From: a virus
Lineage: Duplodnaviria > Caudoviricetes
Length of the DNA: 64,000 nucleotides
Strand: one strand, 5' to 3'
IMG/VR virus record: IMGVR_UViG_3300042935_001404
The position numbers and the translations under genes were made by a program. Of the stretch, positions 1 through 9,639 are shown in pieces. The notes under the pieces are model-generated. The model did no database searches, was not told the origin of the DNA, and saw only the letters and a list, made by a program, of their open reading frames with translations. Position 1 is the stretch's first letter. The number at the start of each line of letters is the position of its first letter.

Positions 1-414
1 GTTCCAACTCACATTCTTTGTGCCGTTCCACGATTCAAACAGGCCTTCTTTGAGTGCGGCCTGACCTTGCATGCTGTACTTGAGTCTGTTGATATTTTGA
101 CTGCCAAAAGTCATAAAATTCTTTGTGGCAAAGTTTTTAAGTTGATGCTGGAACTCATACCATTCGGTTTTGTCTTCACTGTCCATGCCGCGGCCCACAT
201 TGTCACCGCTGAATAATTCCAGTTGTTTATCATCTCCCAGCATCACAACCACTGTGCCGTAGTTGGTGCCGCCTGCACTGACAAATTCAAAACTGTAAAT
301 CTCAGCATCTTCTGCTGTGGGTGCAGGCTTGCCAGTGCTGTCTAGTATTTCTGGGTCAAAGCCGCGTGTGACCAATAGGTCAAAAAGTTGTTGTCCGGGA
401 GTATTCTGTGCCAT
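1..414 (-). CDS. Hypothetical phage protein, N-terminal part (runs off the window edge)
   Basis: ATG at 414 reads MAQNTPGQQLFDLLVTRGFDPEILD... and stays open to position 1; TAAATA motif at 422-427, 7 nt upstream. Confidence 0.75.
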   Translation of the reverse strand, partial: MAQNTPGQQLFDLLVTRGFDPEILDSTGKPAPTAEDAEIYSFEFVSAGGTNYGTVVVMLGDDKQLELFSGDNVGRGMDSEDKTEWYEFQHQLKNFATKNFMTFGSQNINRLKYSMQGQAALKEGLFESWNGTKNVSWN

Positions 415-439
415 AGTGTTCTATTTATCCAATTTAGCT

Positions 440-2014
440 TTAACGTAATGTGGCAAAAAACGGCATAGGCTCTATCATTGTATCGCCAAAATCACGCATT
501 TGCGAGTCCATTTCTGTGTGATAGTTCTGTAACAACTGCATCATGCGTATGGCCAACAGTGTGCCCATGACCAAGTCGTCTGTTTCACCGGGTTTGGCAG
601 CATAACTTGTTCCGTGTGCCACAAACGTTTTGAGTTCTGATACCAGCGGAGCACTGTTGATCGACATCTTTTTGGATTCTACCAAGATCTTTAACTTGCT
701 ACAGGCTGATAACTTGCTCTTGTTTGTGGTGTTAAATCCCTTGCGGATTCTACGTGCGCCTCCGGCCACAGAGTTGTCACTTAAGAAATAGCCTTCAATG
801 TTTTCTTCGCCAAACTCTGCAATAGAGATCAGTGCGGCTTCGCCAATGGTGTTGTTTTCTACTGAGTAGTAAATGCTCTTGGGATCTTTAACAGTTTCGT
901 TGATGTGTTTACACACGTCAGATAAGATACGTATCTGTGCTGGAATAGTTGTTTTATTATGGCGCCATTCAGCCACTTGTATGGTAGTATTGGCTTCAAA
1001 CACCTGTATGGCAGCAGGATCGCCGCCTGTGCCCAAACTTGGGTCCAGGGCTACAACATACAGTTTGCCAGCCTCGGGCCGTTTATACCAACGCACTTGC
1101 CCTGTTCTATACAGGGGATCTTGTTGACCTTTTAACTCAACCAAGATAGCCGGTGCAATCAGTGTTTCATCGTTGATAATAAACTCACAGCCAATTTCTC
1201 GACGGAAACGATCTGTTCCCAACTGTGCTTCCATACTGGCGCCCCAGGCTTCATCACGGTCTGGATGCTCTTGCCAGAAACTACGGAATGCCTTGAATCC
1301 ATTGATACCTAGGGGTGTTGGATTGCCATATTCATCTTCGCACTTGTTGGCGCTTTTCCATAACAGAGCAAATTGATCTTCGTCTGAGTTTGGTGTTGAT
1401 GTAATAATTGCCTTACCACCAGTTGCTAGTGTGGGGCTAATACTGGTCCAAAACTCTTTGGCAATAGTGGGCCGAACAAACGCAAACTCGTCTGCGTATA
1501 AGAGTGATATACTCATACCACGACCAGTTGTTTCTGTGGTTGTGGCTGATATGATACGGCTTCCGTTTTCAAAGTCTATTGAGCCTTTGTTGTAACTAGT
1601 AACACCTGCACGTATGTGATCTGGGCATAGTTCGTAAGCAAAGCGTATGCGTTGCATGATCTCTTGGGCACCTGTGTACTTGTGTGCGGCAATAAGAATT
1701 GTTGAGTCTGGCACAAACATTGCATACCATAGCAAGTATCCGGCAGCACTTGTGGACTTGCCGGTTTGTCGAGGCATCATAGAGATACTGAAGCGATAAT
1801 TATGATACACATTGATCAATCGTTCTTGATACTCAAATGGATGATACAACATTTTGCCTTGTGTAGGATGCTGTATATAAAAGAAATGATCTAGGAAGTA
1901 TGCTGGACCTGTGACAGAGTCTGCACAGTCCATAAACTCTGTTATTTCTGCTTCCGAGAATGCTTGCCGCCGGTGCGGCGCTTTGATCAATACGCCTTCT
2001 AAACTTTTAGCCAT
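440..2014 (-). CDS. terL: Terminase large subunit (T4 gp17-like)
   Basis: Walker A MPRQTGKST, Walker B LLYADEFAF, coupling motif ITSTPN, RNase H-like nuclease motifs VALDPSLG and DDLVM. Confidence 0.95.
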   Translation of the reverse strand: MAKSLEGVLIKAPHRRQAFSEAEITEFMDCADSVTGPAYFLDHFFYIQHPTQGKMLYHPFEYQERLINVYHNYRFSISMMPRQTGKSTSAAGYLLWYAMFVPDSTILIAAHKYTGAQEIMQRIRFAYELCPDHIRAGVTSYNKGSIDFENGSRIISATTTETTGRGMSISLLYADEFAFVRPTIAKEFWTSISPTLATGGKAIITSTPNSDEDQFALLWKSANKCEDEYGNPTPLGINGFKAFRSFWQEHPDRDEAWGASMEAQLGTDRFRREIGCEFIINDETLIAPAILVELKGQQDPLYRTGQVRWYKRPEAGKLYVVALDPSLGTGGDPAAIQVFEANTTIQVAEWRHNKTTIPAQIRILSDVCKHINETVKDPKSIYYSVENNTIGEAALISIAEFGEENIEGYFLSDNSVAGGARRIRKGFNTTNKSKLSACSKLKILVESKKMSINSAPLVSELKTFVAHGTSYAAKPGETDDLVMGTLLAIRMMQLLQNYHTEMDSQMRDFGDTMIEPMPFFATLR

Positions 2015-2750
2015 GTATATCCTTTATACTTCTCAAGTGATCAATTATTTTCGCATGTACTCGATGATGACTAGGAGGGCCTGGGTGAGTTAAATCTCTT
2101 GATAACCCCAACACAGGATTTCTAAAATCTTCAACGTCAATCACCAGTACAGGAATACCATGCTGGTGGCACACTTGTTGTATGGCCAGTTCATTGCGTT
2201 GTTTGTCAGCAATGCTGTTAGCGTCAGTAAACCACCAATCGCGAAAAACTTCCTGCACTGTAGCTACTTGAGGAAAGGCCGGAGACATCACAGTACTGAC
2301 ATTGTGTTGATTTATTATTTCAAATCGTTCTCTAAAAGTTGTTTGTAAAATTACAAATCTTGGTTTGATTATAGGCAACCAATAGTGAGCCAGTCTGAAT
2401 GCTAGTCCATTGGATACGCCAAACACACCAAAATTATCAACTGGAAGTGAGAGATCTTTTGAAATTCTTTCATGGTATAGCTCATCCACTGGAAGTCCGA
2501 GTCCTTGAGTAAAACTACACCCAAACACAGCAAATCCTGGCTGTGCTAGATCAATTTCTCTGGACCTGAATCCTTGAGCATTGTATCGATATTCTATCTT
2601 GTGGTCAATCCAGCCGTTCTGAGCCAACAACTCTCGCTGCCGAGTATTTTTTAAATTTTTATTGTATTCTTGTTCACTGTCAATACTGCACCACAGCAGT
2701 GTTTTGCCGGCATGCTGTTGCTGTACATGACAAGGTGCATGCTCAAACAT
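2007..2750 (-). CDS. SGNH-hydrolase-like protein
   Basis: Blocks FGCSFTQG, NFGVFGVSN and DLTHPG resemble SGNH/GDSL blocks I, II and V; overlaps both neighbours by 8 nt. Confidence 0.5.
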   Translation of the reverse strand: MFEHAPCHVQQQHAGKTLLWCSIDSEQEYNKNLKNTRQRELLAQNGWIDHKIEYRYNAQGFRSREIDLAQPGFAVFGCSFTQGLGLPVDELYHERISKDLSLPVDNFGVFGVSNGLAFRLAHYWLPIIKPRFVILQTTFRERFEIINQHNVSTVMSPAFPQVATVQEVFRDWWFTDANSIADKQRNELAIQQVCHQHGIPVLVIDVEDFRNPVLGLSRDLTHPGPPSHHRVHAKIIDHLRSIKDIHG

Positions 2751-3879
2751 TGGTCAACTCCGGCCATAATTTCACAAATTCTCCTAGTTTGTCAGGATGG
2801 TATTGTGTTTCAATTTCTGCAATGTGTTGTCTAAATTTTTGCAAAATAGCAGGTTGGTCTTGTGTCACACTGTGATAGGTGTTTAATGCATTGTCAAAAA
2901 AAGATCTCTCAACAGGTGTTGCTAATCCTGTGGCGTAAAACTGTTCAATCTCTGCGGCGGCTAATTTGGCAACACCTGGGCCGTGCAAGAACGGATCAAG
3001 GTAGTCAGGTTGGAACAAGTTCTGCCACAGCACAGTTACTCCTGCTTCTTCGGCAAATTCTCGCAGTTCACAGATGCGTGTGGCATTGTAGATGTTGTAT
3101 ACCGCATGGATGCCGCCCCAGTGTCCAGAGTTAGCAATTAGTTTTTTGACTGCGGACAAGTTGTGTTTTAGCAACGCCCATTCACCACCATGACGCACAT
3201 ATTCAAATCGATCGCCAATGTTATCAAAACTCATGCTCCACCCAACTCGGTTCCGTTGACTTAGTTTCTTAAAGATTTTGTTTTTATCTAAGTCTACACT
3301 CATGTTGGTGATCAGTGTCACAATAGCATCCTGTGGAATAACATCAAGCAGTCGTTCATTTTCCGGCAACAGCAACGGCTCGCCACCAACCAAGGCCACT
3401 TCGTGTATGTGTTCTTGATGTTGTTCAATGAAGTCGCATACTTGTTCATAGTAAGGACGCGATCCCGATTTAAAAGGAATGCCTTTAAGGCTGGCCCACT
3501 TAGAACTGCAATATTCCATGCAGTAGTTACAACTTAGATTGCAGGTGGTGTTCCAGCGTATGTCTATAATAACAGGATAGTGATATTGTGAGCCTGCGGT
3601 GGCATAATCAAAGTTGGGATTTACGCTGTTGTGCCAATCACGTTCAGACCGGCCACCAAGGCGTTCTGCTTGCACACAGTTGGAACAGTATTTGTGTGGC
3701 TTACCTTGTGCAATAGTACTGCGTATTTCCTGTAGCAGATCTCCGTTGAGGATTTCAATGATGTTGTTGGTGTTTAGGTTACCCAGCATGTTGGGATCAC
3801 CTGCACAACAGGTTTTAACATCGCCACGTGGGTTTATATGTAGGCCACGCCAGGGTGCGGCACAGTAGAAATTCGTCAT
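2743..3879 (-). CDS. Radical SAM protein with N-terminal SPASM/Twitch-like domain
   Basis: CNLSCNYC (CxxxCxxC), GGEP and TN motifs; N-terminal CAAPW...GDVKTCC...CSNC auxiliary cluster motif. Confidence 0.85.
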   Translation of the reverse strand: MTNFYCAAPWRGLHINPRGDVKTCCAGDPNMLGNLNTNNIIEILNGDLLQEIRSTIAQGKPHKYCSNCVQAERLGGRSERDWHNSVNPNFDYATAGSQYHYPVIIDIRWNTTCNLSCNYCMEYCSSKWASLKGIPFKSGSRPYYEQVCDFIEQHQEHIHEVALVGGEPLLLPENERLLDVIPQDAIVTLITNMSVDLDKNKIFKKLSQRNRVGWSMSFDNIGDRFEYVRHGGEWALLKHNLSAVKKLIANSGHWGGIHAVYNIYNATRICELREFAEEAGVTVLWQNLFQPDYLDPFLHGPGVAKLAAAEIEQFYATGLATPVERSFFDNALNTYHSVTQDQPAILQKFRQHIAEIETQYHPDKLGEFVKLWPELTNV

Positions 3880-3897
3880 CCTGTATTTACAGGCGGA

Positions 3898-4335
3898 TCA
3901 TTGGCACCAACTTGTTTTGGCCTCACCGTAATATTCACGTGCAAATCCATTGGCAATTAGCTGTTGACGTAGACTAACACCGTTGAGTATGACATCACCC
4001 AGCACACGGCCACCGTACTTGTCCCAGTCCATCAGCACAATCTGTCGTTTTTGACTGTTGGCAATCAGTTGTTTGGTAAATGCCGAGGCTGCTTCGCCTC
4101 TTTGTGCTTCACTGGGGCATTGTGCTCTGAAGCCTTTTTCAGGAGTGTCCACACCGTACACACGAACACTGAGTTCTGGTTTCAGTGGTGCTGGTAACCA
4201 AGTGGCAGCAATGCCCACAGTATCGCCGTCAATCACTCTAGTGATCACAGCGTCATATACAACGCCGGGCTTTTGTTTGGGCTGTGCTAGTACTAGACAA
4301 GGCACAACAAGTAAGAGTAGGAGTAGTTGTTTCAT
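3898..4335 (-). CDS. Thermonuclease (SNase-like) with a predicted signal peptide
   Basis: RVIDGDT, VRVYGVDTPE and DKYGGRVLG motifs; N-terminus MKQLLLLLLVVPCLVLAQP is signal-peptide-like. Confidence 0.85.
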   Translation of the reverse strand: MKQLLLLLLVVPCLVLAQPKQKPGVVYDAVITRVIDGDTVGIAATWLPAPLKPELSVRVYGVDTPEKGFRAQCPSEAQRGEAASAFTKQLIANSQKRQIVLMDWDKYGGRVLGDVILNGVSLRQQLIANGFAREYYGEAKTSWCQ

Positions 4336-4346
4336 ATAGATATCGA

Positions 4347-4625
4347 TTAGGTGTAATACACAATTTCGCCAGTGGTGGGATTGTAGGCCAATTGCAAAAA
4401 TCCTGCAGGAAGTCCTGCACTGCCACCGTCGGTAATTCCGGCAGCAATTTGTGTTAGCGCACCTGAGCTGTTGCCAATAAACACTTGGTCAGTGCTTTGA
4501 TCAACCACCAGTTCGCCGGGTCTGGCATTGCCGTTGTAGTTTTCTATTGTTACTTGTGCGTTGTCTTTCATTACAGCACGGCTAATGCCAGTAATGTCAT
4601 CGTATGGTGGTGGTGGATTGGCCAT
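4347..4625 (-). CDS. Small hypothetical virion-associated protein
   Basis: Open 92-aa ORF in operon; ARPGELVVDQSTDQVFIGN resembles fibre-protein N-terminal segments. Confidence 0.6.
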   Translation of the reverse strand: MANPPPPYDDITGISRAVMKDNAQVTIENYNGNARPGELVVDQSTDQVFIGNSSGALTQIAAGITDGGSAGLPAGFLQLAYNPTTGEIVYYT

Positions 4626-5012
4626 TTATCGTGGATATCCTTTGAATGCTTTTACCGGGCTTTGTGTCACTACAAACGCAGGCTCGTCGCTCTTGGGTGT
4701 AGATATTAGTTTTTTGCCGCCTAGCGTGTTGGTCATTGCCAATGCTTGATCAATAACTTGTGCTATGCCGGCGTTCATACCGGCCACAACTGCATGTTCA
4801 CCAAATGTTGTTTCAGCTGACCACTCGGGCATGAATGGATTTAGATTATCTTTTATGGAGTCACTACGTGCTCGTGCAAGAGCCACGCCTACTCGATATG
4901 TTTTGTACGGGTCCGAAGAACTTAGACCGGGCAAAGTGTAGGTGTAACGCAAAGGTTCTTTGGTTTCCGGCGGAAGTTCACGTTGCTCTGCGATAAATTC
5001 GCGGGCTCTCAT
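4626..5012 (-). CDS. Putative internal head protein (paralogue 1)
   Basis: N-terminus MRAREFIAE resembles the T4 IP capsid-targeting sequence MKTYQEFIAE; C-terminus SPVKAFKGYPR is shared with the neighbouring gene. Confidence 0.6.
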   Translation of the reverse strand: MRAREFIAEQRELPPETKEPLRYTYTLPGLSSSDPYKTYRVGVALARARSDSIKDNLNPFMPEWSAETTFGEHAVVAGMNAGIAQVIDQALAMTNTLGGKKLISTPKSDEPAFVVTQSPVKAFKGYPR

Positions 5013-5380
5013 CGTGGATACCCCTTGAATCCTTGCACAGGACTTTGTTTGTTGGTTGACGTTAACTCTTGACTGCGCAGGTCTCCGTGATTAAGGTCTT
5101 GGTGTTCTGACCCCACAGCTTGGAATGCTTTTTCTATCATGTCTTGTTCAACATCAGTGTAGGGCATGGCCACATTGTAGCGTCCTGCCCAGGATTCATG
5201 ATCTATTTTTGGAACAAACGTGCCATCCGTACACGCGGCAGCCATCATGACTCGATTGAGTTCATACACTCTATCGGCTAGATCTACGTCTCTAAACTTG
5301 TTGAGTCCAACAGTGGCTCGACTTCTTCGTTGACCAATCTTGCCGGTTTGTTTCTCAATGAGAAACTCATGAGCTCTCAT
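5009..5380 (-). CDS. Putative internal head protein (paralogue 2)
   Basis: Starts MRAHEFLIE and ends SPVQGFKGYPR; ATGA overlap with paralogue 1. Confidence 0.6.
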   Translation of the reverse strand: MRAHEFLIEKQTGKIGQRRSRATVGLNKFRDVDLADRVYELNRVMMAAACTDGTFVPKIDHESWAGRYNVAMPYTDVEQDMIEKAFQAVGSEHQDLNHGDLRSQELTSTNKQSPVQGFKGYPR

Positions 5381-5382
5381 GT

Positions 5383-5676
5383 TTATGCGCCTGCGGCGTT
5401 GTAAACACTTGACTGTGCAGATGTTGCTGTGCCCAGGGCTGTAGCAGTTACATTGGCACCAGCAAGTATAAGACGATTGCCTGCGCCAACATAAATTTCT
5501 TGTACAGTGCCTGATGGCACAGAAACCACGTTGGCATACAAGTTACCAACAGCAGATGCTGAGCCCAGTGCTGTGGCAAACACTTGGTATGTGACATCAG
5601 TACTGGTGGCAGCAATAGATGCTTTGTCTGTGGTCCACACAATGTTGCCTGCGGCGTTGATTACTTGAATAGCCAT
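5383..5676 (-). CDS. Hypothetical small structural protein
   Basis: 97-aa Ala/Thr/Val-rich ORF in a tightly packed minus-strand operon. Confidence 0.6.
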   Translation of the reverse strand: MAIQVINAAGNIVWTTDKASIAATSTDVTYQVFATALGSASAVGNLYANVVSVPSGTVQEIYVGAGNRLILAGANVTATALGTATSAQSSVYNAAGA

Positions 5677-5679
5677 AGT

Positions 5680-8040
5680 TTACTTTCCAAATGTTCGGTA
5701 TAAGTTCAACAAGTTCTGTTCAACTTTTGCACTTTCTTCCATGCTAACTTGTCTACGCAGTTGACTGGCCAGCACAGGAATAGTTGTTTGACCTGTACTC
5801 TTGGGACCATTTAATCCACCAGAGTATTGCAGTGCATTGTCACTTGTTTCTGTGTTGCTGGGCCAGTTGGGATCGTTTTCGTCAATCACGTCGCCACTGG
5901 ATTGTTGACTGATGCCGGCCATCTGTAACAATTCTGCCAGGCGTTCAGCATCTTCACCATCAGCATTTACTGTGATGTTTTTACGACCTTCACCGTGTTC
6001 ATCATCTTGACTCATGTTCACAGTAACACTCATGCCTTCTGTGATCAGAGTTTCTAGTTGTGCATCCAGTGTTTCGTAAACACTGCCACCAAACTTGAAC
6101 TTGCTATTGGATTTCTTAGGCTCGTCTTCTTTGACTTCGTCTTTCTTGTCATCGTACTCAATGTCTTTGGCTACTTTTTTACCGGCTTTTTCGGCTTTAT
6201 CATCTTCGGCACCACGCTTCTTGCCATGGATACCATCTTTTTTCTTTTCATCATACTCGATGTCTTTGGCCACTCGCTTGCCGGCTCGTTCTGCGCGGTT
6301 GTCTTTTTTATCTGTAGACTCTGCTTCTCTAACTTGTGCGTCGCCCGACTGTTGATTTTTAATCAATGTCATTGCCGCATACAGAACAGATTCTAAACGA
6401 CTGGCATACCCTTGTGGGAATTCGCCGCCACGCTGTGCTTGCTTTGCTATTGCTCGAATATCAGCAAGGTCGTTATAAATTTGTTGTGCCTGTCCTTGGT
6501 CAGCGCCTTCTTCCATGTCGCCTTCTTTGACTTTGCGTTCGCCTTTGTGCTTGTAGGCTTTGGCAGTGGTGCGTTCGGGTCCTTTTGCTGGACCCTTTGG
6601 ACGGCCACGACCACGCTTGTCAATGGTGTTGCCTTCAGCATCAGTTTCACTACCAACTGAGTTGCCTTGTGGATCAACACGACGTGTTACTCGACGGCCT
6701 GTTGCTGTCCACTCTGTGTCATGCTTGGCACCGTGTGTGACTTCGCCTGTGCGTGGTGTGTCTTGGCGAGGCTTTTTGTAGTTGGTAAACGGATTTTTAT
6801 CATCATCTTCGTCAACACTGCTGGTGTCTGTGTATTCTTGGTTGCCCATTTTAAATTTGCCGCCTTTGGGAGTGGCTTTGAGTTTGCCGGTAAACGCATT
6901 GCCTTCGTCAGCCACTTGTTGGCGGCCGCCCAGTGCATTACGCATGGCTTCGGCAGCAACATCACCTAACATTTCGTCAACTTCTTTCTTGGCGCCAGCA
7001 ATCTTGTCGGCAAAAGTAATTTTGTCTTTGGGTTCAGCAAGTGCGGCAAATGATTTTTGCTTGGCAGTCATTGGAGCACCGGCTTCAGGCAAATTAGGTT
7101 CTGCGTGTGTACCATGTGCGTCTTTGATACTGCCTTTTAAACTAGTAATTTGGTCTCTACTTGGCATGCCTTTTCGTTTACCAGAAAGGTTGATATTATT
7201 TTTAATTCCACTGCGTCCAATGCCTTGTCCTTTTTGTAAAGGATCATTATGATCAAATTCGCCACCACCTTTTAGATTTTTTGAGCCAGGATAGTCATCT
7301 GGTTTTGGACCGTTGTAGTAGTCATCCATGCTGTAATCATCGTTTTCATAGTCAGGAGGTTCTTGTGTGTACAGTTTGTCTTTGTACTTGGCATCGCGCC
7401 ATTTGGCCGCTTCGTCTGTTTTTTGTTCTGGCTTCTTGCCAGTTTGTGGCATGTCCATTTTGCGTTGCAAGTCACGAATCATGTCTACATCGCTGCCGTG
7501 GCCAACTTTGTTTAGTACTGCACTGCCGGCTTTTTTAGCCATGCCGCCAACTTTCTTAACCACATCGCTCAGACCTTCTTCCATTCCACCATCTAAATCA
7601 ATTTTATGCATAGCGGCACTTTGTTGTGCGTTGGCATATCGTTGACCTCTTTCTGGATACATCGGGTCTCTTCCATAAAATTCTTGCTGTTTTTTAACTT
7701 CTTTATTCATTATTCCTTTGTGCGCATCAATCGCTGATTGGCGGTCTGCTGGATTTTTAGTAATGTTTGCTTTTAAGCCTTTTAACTTAGCGCCAGCAGT
7801 TGCCATTGTATCACCAAAGCCTTCGTCTACTTCTTTGTTGTCATACTTGTCATACCGGTTGCGAACAGGATCCAATGACTTGCCTTCACGTCCGGCTTTG
7901 GCCAGGGCCTGCATACCTTCTTTGCCGTACTTTTCGTAGCCTTTGGCAGCACGACTCATGTCACGTTCGTTTAACGGTGCGGCTTCGGGTCGGGCGGCGA
8001 TGCCGTCTAGTGTTTTGTTTAGGTTGTGGAAAAAACTCAT
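5680..8040 (-). CDS. Large charged low-complexity head protein, probably processed by the prohead protease
   Basis: 786 aa of K/E/D/G-rich segments separated by (L/V/M/I)xE motifs (LNE, VDE, MEE, LPE, VKE, VRE, IDE); AT-hook-like KRGRGRPKG. Confidence 0.6.
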   Translation of the reverse strand: MSFFHNLNKTLDGIAARPEAAPLNERDMSRAAKGYEKYGKEGMQALAKAGREGKSLDPVRNRYDKYDNKEVDEGFGDTMATAGAKLKGLKANITKNPADRQSAIDAHKGIMNKEVKKQQEFYGRDPMYPERGQRYANAQQSAAMHKIDLDGGMEEGLSDVVKKVGGMAKKAGSAVLNKVGHGSDVDMIRDLQRKMDMPQTGKKPEQKTDEAAKWRDAKYKDKLYTQEPPDYENDDYSMDDYYNGPKPDDYPGSKNLKGGGEFDHNDPLQKGQGIGRSGIKNNINLSGKRKGMPSRDQITSLKGSIKDAHGTHAEPNLPEAGAPMTAKQKSFAALAEPKDKITFADKIAGAKKEVDEMLGDVAAEAMRNALGGRQQVADEGNAFTGKLKATPKGGKFKMGNQEYTDTSSVDEDDDKNPFTNYKKPRQDTPRTGEVTHGAKHDTEWTATGRRVTRRVDPQGNSVGSETDAEGNTIDKRGRGRPKGPAKGPERTTAKAYKHKGERKVKEGDMEEGADQGQAQQIYNDLADIRAIAKQAQRGGEFPQGYASRLESVLYAAMTLIKNQQSGDAQVREAESTDKKDNRAERAGKRVAKDIEYDEKKKDGIHGKKRGAEDDKAEKAGKKVAKDIEYDDKKDEVKEDEPKKSNSKFKFGGSVYETLDAQLETLITEGMSVTVNMSQDDEHGEGRKNITVNADGEDAERLAELLQMAGISQQSSGDVIDENDPNWPSNTETSDNALQYSGGLNGPKSTGQTTIPVLASQLRRQVSMEESAKVEQNLLNLYRTFGK

Positions 8041-8044
8041 TTTA

Positions 8045-8650
8045 TTATCCTTTAGGGTTGTAGCCGGTGGCTGGCTTGGGTGGGCGTTTGACGTTGGTCA
8101 TTGGACTCTTGTCACCCATGGGTAAACTGTTTGTGGTCACTGCTGGAGGTGTCCGACCGCCGGCCACTGTGAAGTCACTGCGATAGGTATTTTTCAGCAC
8201 TGCATGTTGATCATACGGAGCAGAGTAGTCTTTGTACAAGGCTTTCTGATCTGCATCCGGTGCAGGATATGGAGAATCCAATAGATCTTTGTTTTGTTTT
8301 TCAACGTCTGCAGTCAACTTGTCATTGCTGTCTTCATACGGCACAGTCAACATGCGCACACGATTAGGATCAATGCCCATCATTTGTGCAATCTGCTGTA
8401 TCTGTGGCTCAATTGCAGGATATCGGAATTCAACATCCATGTGTGTCACACTGTGGTTATCGAACGCAGGAAAGTCTGCTGGCCGGGCCTGAACTGGTGA
8501 AGTCTTTGGCGTGGTGATTTTAACCACGTCAAATTGACGAAGTTTTTCTTCCAGTGCCCGAACTAAATCTTTGGGAGTATCACCCACGATTTTAATGCGG
8601 TAGTTGTATACTCTTTCGTTTTCTGACAAGTATTCTTTAAAATGTTTCAT
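8045..8650 (-). CDS. Hypothetical protein with a capsid-targeting-like N-terminus
   Basis: Starts MKHFKEYLSE; upstream TAAATA and AGGGA RBS. Confidence 0.6.
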   Translation of the reverse strand: MKHFKEYLSENERVYNYRIKIVGDTPKDLVRALEEKLRQFDVVKITTPKTSPVQARPADFPAFDNHSVTHMDVEFRYPAIEPQIQQIAQMMGIDPNRVRMLTVPYEDSNDKLTADVEKQNKDLLDSPYPAPDADQKALYKDYSAPYDQHAVLKNTYRSDFTVAGGRTPPAVTTNSLPMGDKSPMTNVKRPPKPATGYNPKG

Positions 8651-8670
8651 AATCGATCCCTATATGATAT

Positions 8671-9174
8671 TTATGCTTGTTTATTCTTTTGGTCTCTTGT
8701 GCCAATAAGTCGATCCAATAAATCGTTGCGACTCAGCACTTGCCCTTCGGCAGTTTCCACAGATTCTTCTTCATTATCGCCCGCACGTTTTTCCCGGTCC
8801 AGATCCAGTCGGGCTTTTTGCAACTGCAACTGAATCATTTTGAGTTTCTTGTTCATCTTGGCTGTTTTGGCAGTGAGTGCATGCCCCAGCATGGCACCTG
8901 CCACTGCAAAGATTTCACTGGCATAGCGGCTGTCCACCTGCATACCAAGGTCCATTAGGTCATCAAATGTTTCTGTGGCTTTTTGTGCCAGCTCATCCAT
9001 GTCGCCATCACTGGCTTCTAGATCACGCACACCGGGCAAGGCAGCATCAATCTTGTCAATGGCATTGTCAATTTCAGTTATGGCATATTGTGTGGTGGCA
9101 ATATCCGGCACAGTTTCGTCTGTATCGGCGGTGCTAGACGGTAAGTCGAAGAGGTCTTCTAATTTTTTAGTCAT
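8671..9174 (-). CDS. Hypothetical helical protein, possibly terminase small subunit
   Basis: 167-aa helical/coiled-coil ORF between gp4 and terL in a late operon; the function is inferred from size and context only. Confidence 0.35.
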   Translation of the reverse strand: MTKKLEDLFDLPSSTADTDETVPDIATTQYAITEIDNAIDKIDAALPGVRDLEASDGDMDELAQKATETFDDLMDLGMQVDSRYASEIFAVAGAMLGHALTAKTAKMNKKLKMIQLQLQKARLDLDREKRAGDNEEESVETAEGQVLSRNDLLDRLIGTRDQKNKQA

Positions 9175-9207
9175 ACCATATTTACCGCTTTTGCGGTATA
9201 GTACAGC

Positions 9208-9639
9208 TTATTTTCCGCCGTTACGGAACATGTCTTCTTCTGTGATTACACGGAATTTTAAGCCGTTGCGATTGCACCACTTGGTTGCAGAATCCCATTT
9301 GGCGTAGTTGATGGCCACTACCATACGGTCTCTGTTGTTCATTTTACTTTCAATGATGCTTTGTTTTTTAGGTTTGATTTCGATCACTTCTGCAATCAAG
9401 GTGTTTTGGCGTGTTCTGTAAGTGATCAAAAAGTCCGGCACATATATGCTTTGTTTTCCTGTAACAGGATTGCGATAAGGGATCTGTATACTTTCACTGG
9501 CCCACTGCATCACATTGTCGTTGTTGTCCAGGAATCGCATAAAACTCAACTCCCACCCGGACCTATAACGTGGCACACCTTTGCCCACATATTTGGCAGG
9601 ATTTTTTACAGTGTAGGGTCCTTGCGCAAACTTGCTCAT
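9208..9639 (-). CDS. Head completion protein (T4 gp4-like, TnsA-type nuclease fold)
   Basis: KNPAKYVG, YRSGWE, QWASE, IPY, YVPDF and IEIKPKKQ motifs; NYAKW...A...C...G..FRVITE. Confidence 0.9.
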   Translation of the reverse strand: MSKFAQGPYTVKNPAKYVGKGVPRYRSGWELSFMRFLDNNDNVMQWASESIQIPYRNPVTGKQSIYVPDFLITYRTRQNTLIAEVIEIKPKKQSIIESKMNNRDRMVVAINYAKWDSATKWCNRNGLKFRVITEEDMFRNGGK

